Shown: positions 61,066 through 64,000 of the stretch, in pieces
Layout: the number at the start of each line of letters is the position of its first letter
How positions within the stretch are numbered: position 1 is the first letter of the stretch
Assembly: GCA_963736855.1 (NCBI GenBank)
Contig: CAVTQK010000009.1
Location: forward strand, 192,001 to 256,000
Length of the DNA: 64,000 nucleotides
Source: an uncultured delta proteobacterium
GTDB lineage: Bacteria > Desulfobacterota > Desulfobacteria > Desulfobacterales > UBA2156
Direction of reading: 5' to 3'
Program-made: the position numbers and the translations under genes
The notes under the pieces: generated by a model
What the model was told of the DNA's origin: nothing
The model's database searches: none
What the model saw: only the letters and a program-made list of their open reading frames with translations

Positions 61066-61111
61066 TTGACAGGATCACCCGGCATTGCATAAATGAATGA
61101 GTATTCATTCA
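61066..61111 (+). promoter_or_regulatory. Promoter plus TetR operator 2
   Basis: TTGACA-N16-CATAAA followed directly by TGAATGAGTATTCATTCA (61094-61111). Confidence 0.82.
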
Positions 61112-61152
61112 TTGCCTTCTAATTTGAAAGACATCAACAGGAAAAGATACGA

Positions 61153-63267
61153 ATGAAAGTCGAGTTCATTTCCCCGGCAAAGGCCTCTTTTTTAGGTATT
61201 CCCGCGATTATTTTATGGTGGATCATTCCATTGGCGGGGATCGGTATCTTTTCTTATATCCTCTACAGGCGGACGCGCCCATTGCTTGTGGCATCTTCAG
61301 ATCCCCGCATCAACCGGTTGGCAGAGCGTATCGGGGCAACAATCCGGTATGCTTTGGCCCAGTATCGGCAGCCTCGATATCCCTTAGCCGGAATTTTGCA
61401 TATCTTTTTATTTGTCGGCTTTGTTATTCTTTCCTTGCGTTCCATTACGCTGGTTTTTTTGGGGATCATCGACGGCTTCACGCTTCCGATTTTGAAGGGA
61501 ACTCCAGGAAATATTTACATGGTAGTTAAGGATATTGCTGCCACTATAGTCTTGATCACGTGCCTGATCGCGATGATTCGGCGGGGTGTGTTCAAGCCGA
61601 AGCGATACGATGTCCCGGCTCAGTACGGAAAAGATCACACAGCCGAAGCGGTTTTCGTTTTGCTTCTGATCAGCGGCCTTATGGTTTCCGATGCGCTGTT
61701 TGAAGGCAGCCTCGTCGCTTATCAGTTCCAGTCCCATCTAGAAACGGAAATGGTTCTTCCCATGACTCTGAAGGGGATGGCCGCAGTGGTTTTAGCACCA
61801 AATGCGACGTCGACCCTGCAGGCCGTTCATCTGGCCGCTTACTTGTCGCACGAACTGATCTTTTTTTTCTTTTTATGCTTTCTGCCGTTGGGAAAGCATT
61901 TTCATGTTATCACCTCATTTTTCAATGTCTTTTTCATGAAGCTGGATAAGGGGAATGTAAAACCGGTGAAATGGGACGTTCCTGAAGAGCAACTGGACGG
62001 CCTGGAATCCTTTGGTGTTAAAAAATTGGAGGATTTCACCTGGAAGCATATGCTCGACTTTTATTCATGTGCGGACTGCGGCCGGTGTTCCGACAACTGC
62101 CCGGCCAATGCGGTGGGACGTCCCCTTTCACCCCGTTTCATTTCCATCAAATGCCGTGATGCCCTGTTCGAAAGGTACCCGCTCTGGTCGGGGGCGGAAA
62201 ACAAAAAGACCCTGATGAACGGCGTTTTAGAAGACGATGAAATCTGGTCTTGTACAACTTGCGGCGCTTGCGAGGAAGAGTGCCCTCTGGTCATCGAATA
62301 TATCGACAAGATAGTGGACCTTCGACGAGGACTCGTCGACGAGGGCCGGGTTCCCCAGTCCCTTCAAAAGCCCTTTTCGGCCTTGGAAAAGCGAGGCAAC
62401 CCTTACGGAAAAATGGAAAAAAAGCGATCCGAATGGGCTAAGGATCTGGGGTATGTCAAGGTGTTGGGGAAAAAGGCGTCCGCTCAGACTCTCTATTTTG
62501 TGGACAGCATCACCTCTTTTGACGACCGGATTCAGGAGATTGCCCGTGCAACGGCCCGAGTGCTTCGGGGCGCCGGTGTCGATTTCGGAATCTTGGGTTC
62601 CGCTGAAATGGACAGCGGCCATGAGGTTCGGCGCTTCGGGGAGGAGATGCTTTTTTTAGAACTGAGAAACCGGAATACAGAGGCCATCCTTGAAAGCGGC
62701 GTGAAAAAAATTGTAACGGCGGATCCCCATGCATATAATGCGCTCAGGCATGATTACAAGGGTATTCCGGAGGTCGAACACATATGCCAAGTCCTCGAAC
62801 GAATACTTGTTTCAGGGAGGTTTCGATTGAAAAAGATCGAAGATCCCCATGCGGTATACACCTATCACGATCCATGCTATCTTGGACGGCATAACGGCAT
62901 TTATGAAACACCCCGACGTGTATTGGATGCGATTCCAGGGATCCGCCGGGTGGAAATGGAACGGTCCAAAGACCGAAGTTTCTGTTGCGGTGGCGGCGGA
63001 CTGATGCTTTTTTATGAACCGATAGAAGAAACCCGGATGGGGAAATTGAGGGTGGAGATGGCCCAGAACGCCGGGGCCACCGTAGTCGTCACGACCTGCC
63101 CCTTTTGTATGGTCAATATCGAAGATGCCATCAAAACCAGCGGTCTGGAAGGAAAAATGAAAGCCATGGACCTGGTGGAACTGGTACATCAGCAAATGGA
63201 CTGGGATGCCTTACCAATTTCGAACCCGACTGCGGAAACGCGTTCGGAATCGAAAAACGGACATTGA
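61153..63267 (+). CDS. Membrane Fe-S oxidoreductase, FadF/EMO (ETF:menaquinone oxidoreductase)-like
   Basis: N-terminal TM region with His residues, two CxxCxxCxxxCP motifs, CCG domains (HDPCYLGR, CCGGGG, CPFC). Confidence 0.9.
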   Translation: MKVEFISPAKASFLGIPAIILWWIIPLAGIGIFSYILYRRTRPLLVASSDPRINRLAERIGATIRYALAQYRQPRYPLAGILHIFLFVGFVILSLRSITLVFLGIIDGFTLPILKGTPGNIYMVVKDIAATIVLITCLIAMIRRGVFKPKRYDVPAQYGKDHTAEAVFVLLLISGLMVSDALFEGSLVAYQFQSHLETEMVLPMTLKGMAAVVLAPNATSTLQAVHLAAYLSHELIFFFFLCFLPLGKHFHVITSFFNVFFMKLDKGNVKPVKWDVPEEQLDGLESFGVKKLEDFTWKHMLDFYSCADCGRCSDNCPANAVGRPLSPRFISIKCRDALFERYPLWSGAENKKTLMNGVLEDDEIWSCTTCGACEEECPLVIEYIDKIVDLRRGLVDEGRVPQSLQKPFSALEKRGNPYGKMEKKRSEWAKDLGYVKVLGKKASAQTLYFVDSITSFDDRIQEIARATARVLRGAGVDFGILGSAEMDSGHEVRRFGEEMLFLELRNRNTEAILESGVKKIVTADPHAYNALRHDYKGIPEVEHICQVLERILVSGRFRLKKIEDPHAVYTYHDPCYLGRHNGIYETPRRVLDAIPGIRRVEMERSKDRSFCCGGGGLMLFYEPIEETRMGKLRVEMAQNAGATVVVTTCPFCMVNIEDAIKTSGLEGKMKAMDLVELVHQQMDWDALPISNPTAETRSESKNGH

Positions 63268-63285
63268 CGGTTTGGGAGGAGATTC

Positions 63286-64000
63286 ATGGAGATTTTAGTG
63301 TGTATCAAACGGGTTCCGGATACATCTGAAAATGAAATCACGGTGAACAAGGAGGGTACCGATATTGAGCGGGAGGATCTCGTCTATTCAGTGAACGAAT
63401 GGGACAATTACGCCGTTGAAGAAGCCATTCGCATCCGTGACAAAGTGGGCGGCACCGTTACCGTGGTTTCCCTCGGATCTGAGGAGACTGAGGAAGTGAT
63501 CCGGCGTGAAATGGCCATGGGTGCGGATAAGGGCATCCATCTCATGGATCCGGCTTTGGAAGGTTGCGATGGCCGGGGGGTCGCCGTCGCCTTGAAGGCC
63601 GAAGTGAAAAAGGGGGGATTCGATCTGGTTCTCACTGGGGCCCAGGCCGACGATGGTGCGGGACAGGTCGGCGGGATGCTCGCCGCCATGCTTCAATGGC
63701 CCTTTGCCGCTCTGGTCAACCACATTGAGGTTACCGGCGCTGACACCCTCATAATCGGACGTGAGATCGCCGGTGGAAACCAGGAGTTCAGTGAGATCCG
63801 GCTTCCCTGCGTCCTTTCCATTCAGACCGGGATCAACGAACCCAGATATGTCGGTATCCGTGGGATCCGCAAGGTGGCTTCCGTGGAAATCCCCATCCAC
63901 GGAATCTCGGATATTGCTGTTGCACCGGAGACTGTTGGAAAGACAGGTGCCCGGGTCAAGCGGATCGATTACTTCACCCCCCAGCTCGGAAAAGGCGCCG
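63286..64000 (+). CDS. etfB: Electron transfer flavoprotein beta subunit (runs off the window end)
   Basis: GGAGGAG RBS; MEILVCIKRVPD, N.WD.YAVEEA, AMGAD and NEPRY motifs. Not in the ORF track because no stop codon is in the window. Confidence 0.93.
   Translation, partial: MEILVCIKRVPDTSENEITVNKEGTDIEREDLVYSVNEWDNYAVEEAIRIRDKVGGTVTVVSLGSEETEEVIRREMAMGADKGIHLMDPALEGCDGRGVAVALKAEVKKGGFDLVLTGAQADDGAGQVGGMLAAMLQWPFAALVNHIEVTGADTLIIGREIAGGNQEFSEIRLPCVLSIQTGINEPRYVGIRGIRKVASVEIPIHGISDIAVAPETVGKTGARVKRIDYFTPQLGKGA

Noticed and set aside
63388..63900. Minus-strand ORFs at the window end
   Set aside because: Antisense to etfB, which is the real gene.
1..64000. CRISPR arrays, tRNA/rRNA, prophage, selenocysteine read-through, T-box or riboswitch
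   Set aside because: None recognised by eye; a covariance-model search would be needed to exclude small RNAs.

Overview
A 64 kb chromosomal window, mostly housekeeping genes. Gene content (FadF/EMO-type oxidoreductase plus ETF, acyl-CoA catabolism, RseC) suggests an anaerobic Desulfobacterota/Deltaproteobacterium; this is inferred. The centre is a ~13.5 kb minus-strand aromatic amino acid supraoperon: DAHP synthase-aroB-[chorismate mutase::aroE fusion]-aroA-aroK-aroC-tyrA-pheA-aroQ, then trpE-G-D-C-F. trpBA are not in the window. The strongest finding is absent from the ORF track. A 23-codon leader peptide, MYIYRSWQNFYWFYFSRRHLPMD (4 Tyr, 3 Phe, 2 Trp), precedes the shikimate operon with a 13-bp antiterminator and a 14-bp terminator. 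This looks like one ribosome-mediated attenuator sensing all three aromatic amino acids. A second, Trp-only leader/attenuator lies before trpE. Other findings: four MITE copies, each with its own 4-bp target-site duplication; a trpG stop codon reachable only by a -1 shift at a slippery A-run; an AmmeMemoRadiSam cluster whose radical SAM enzyme has a Tat-like signal and a CxxCH motif; a TetR/FadR-type regulon with two operator palindromes; and several gene and IS remnants. No rRNA, tRNA or CRISPR array was seen.
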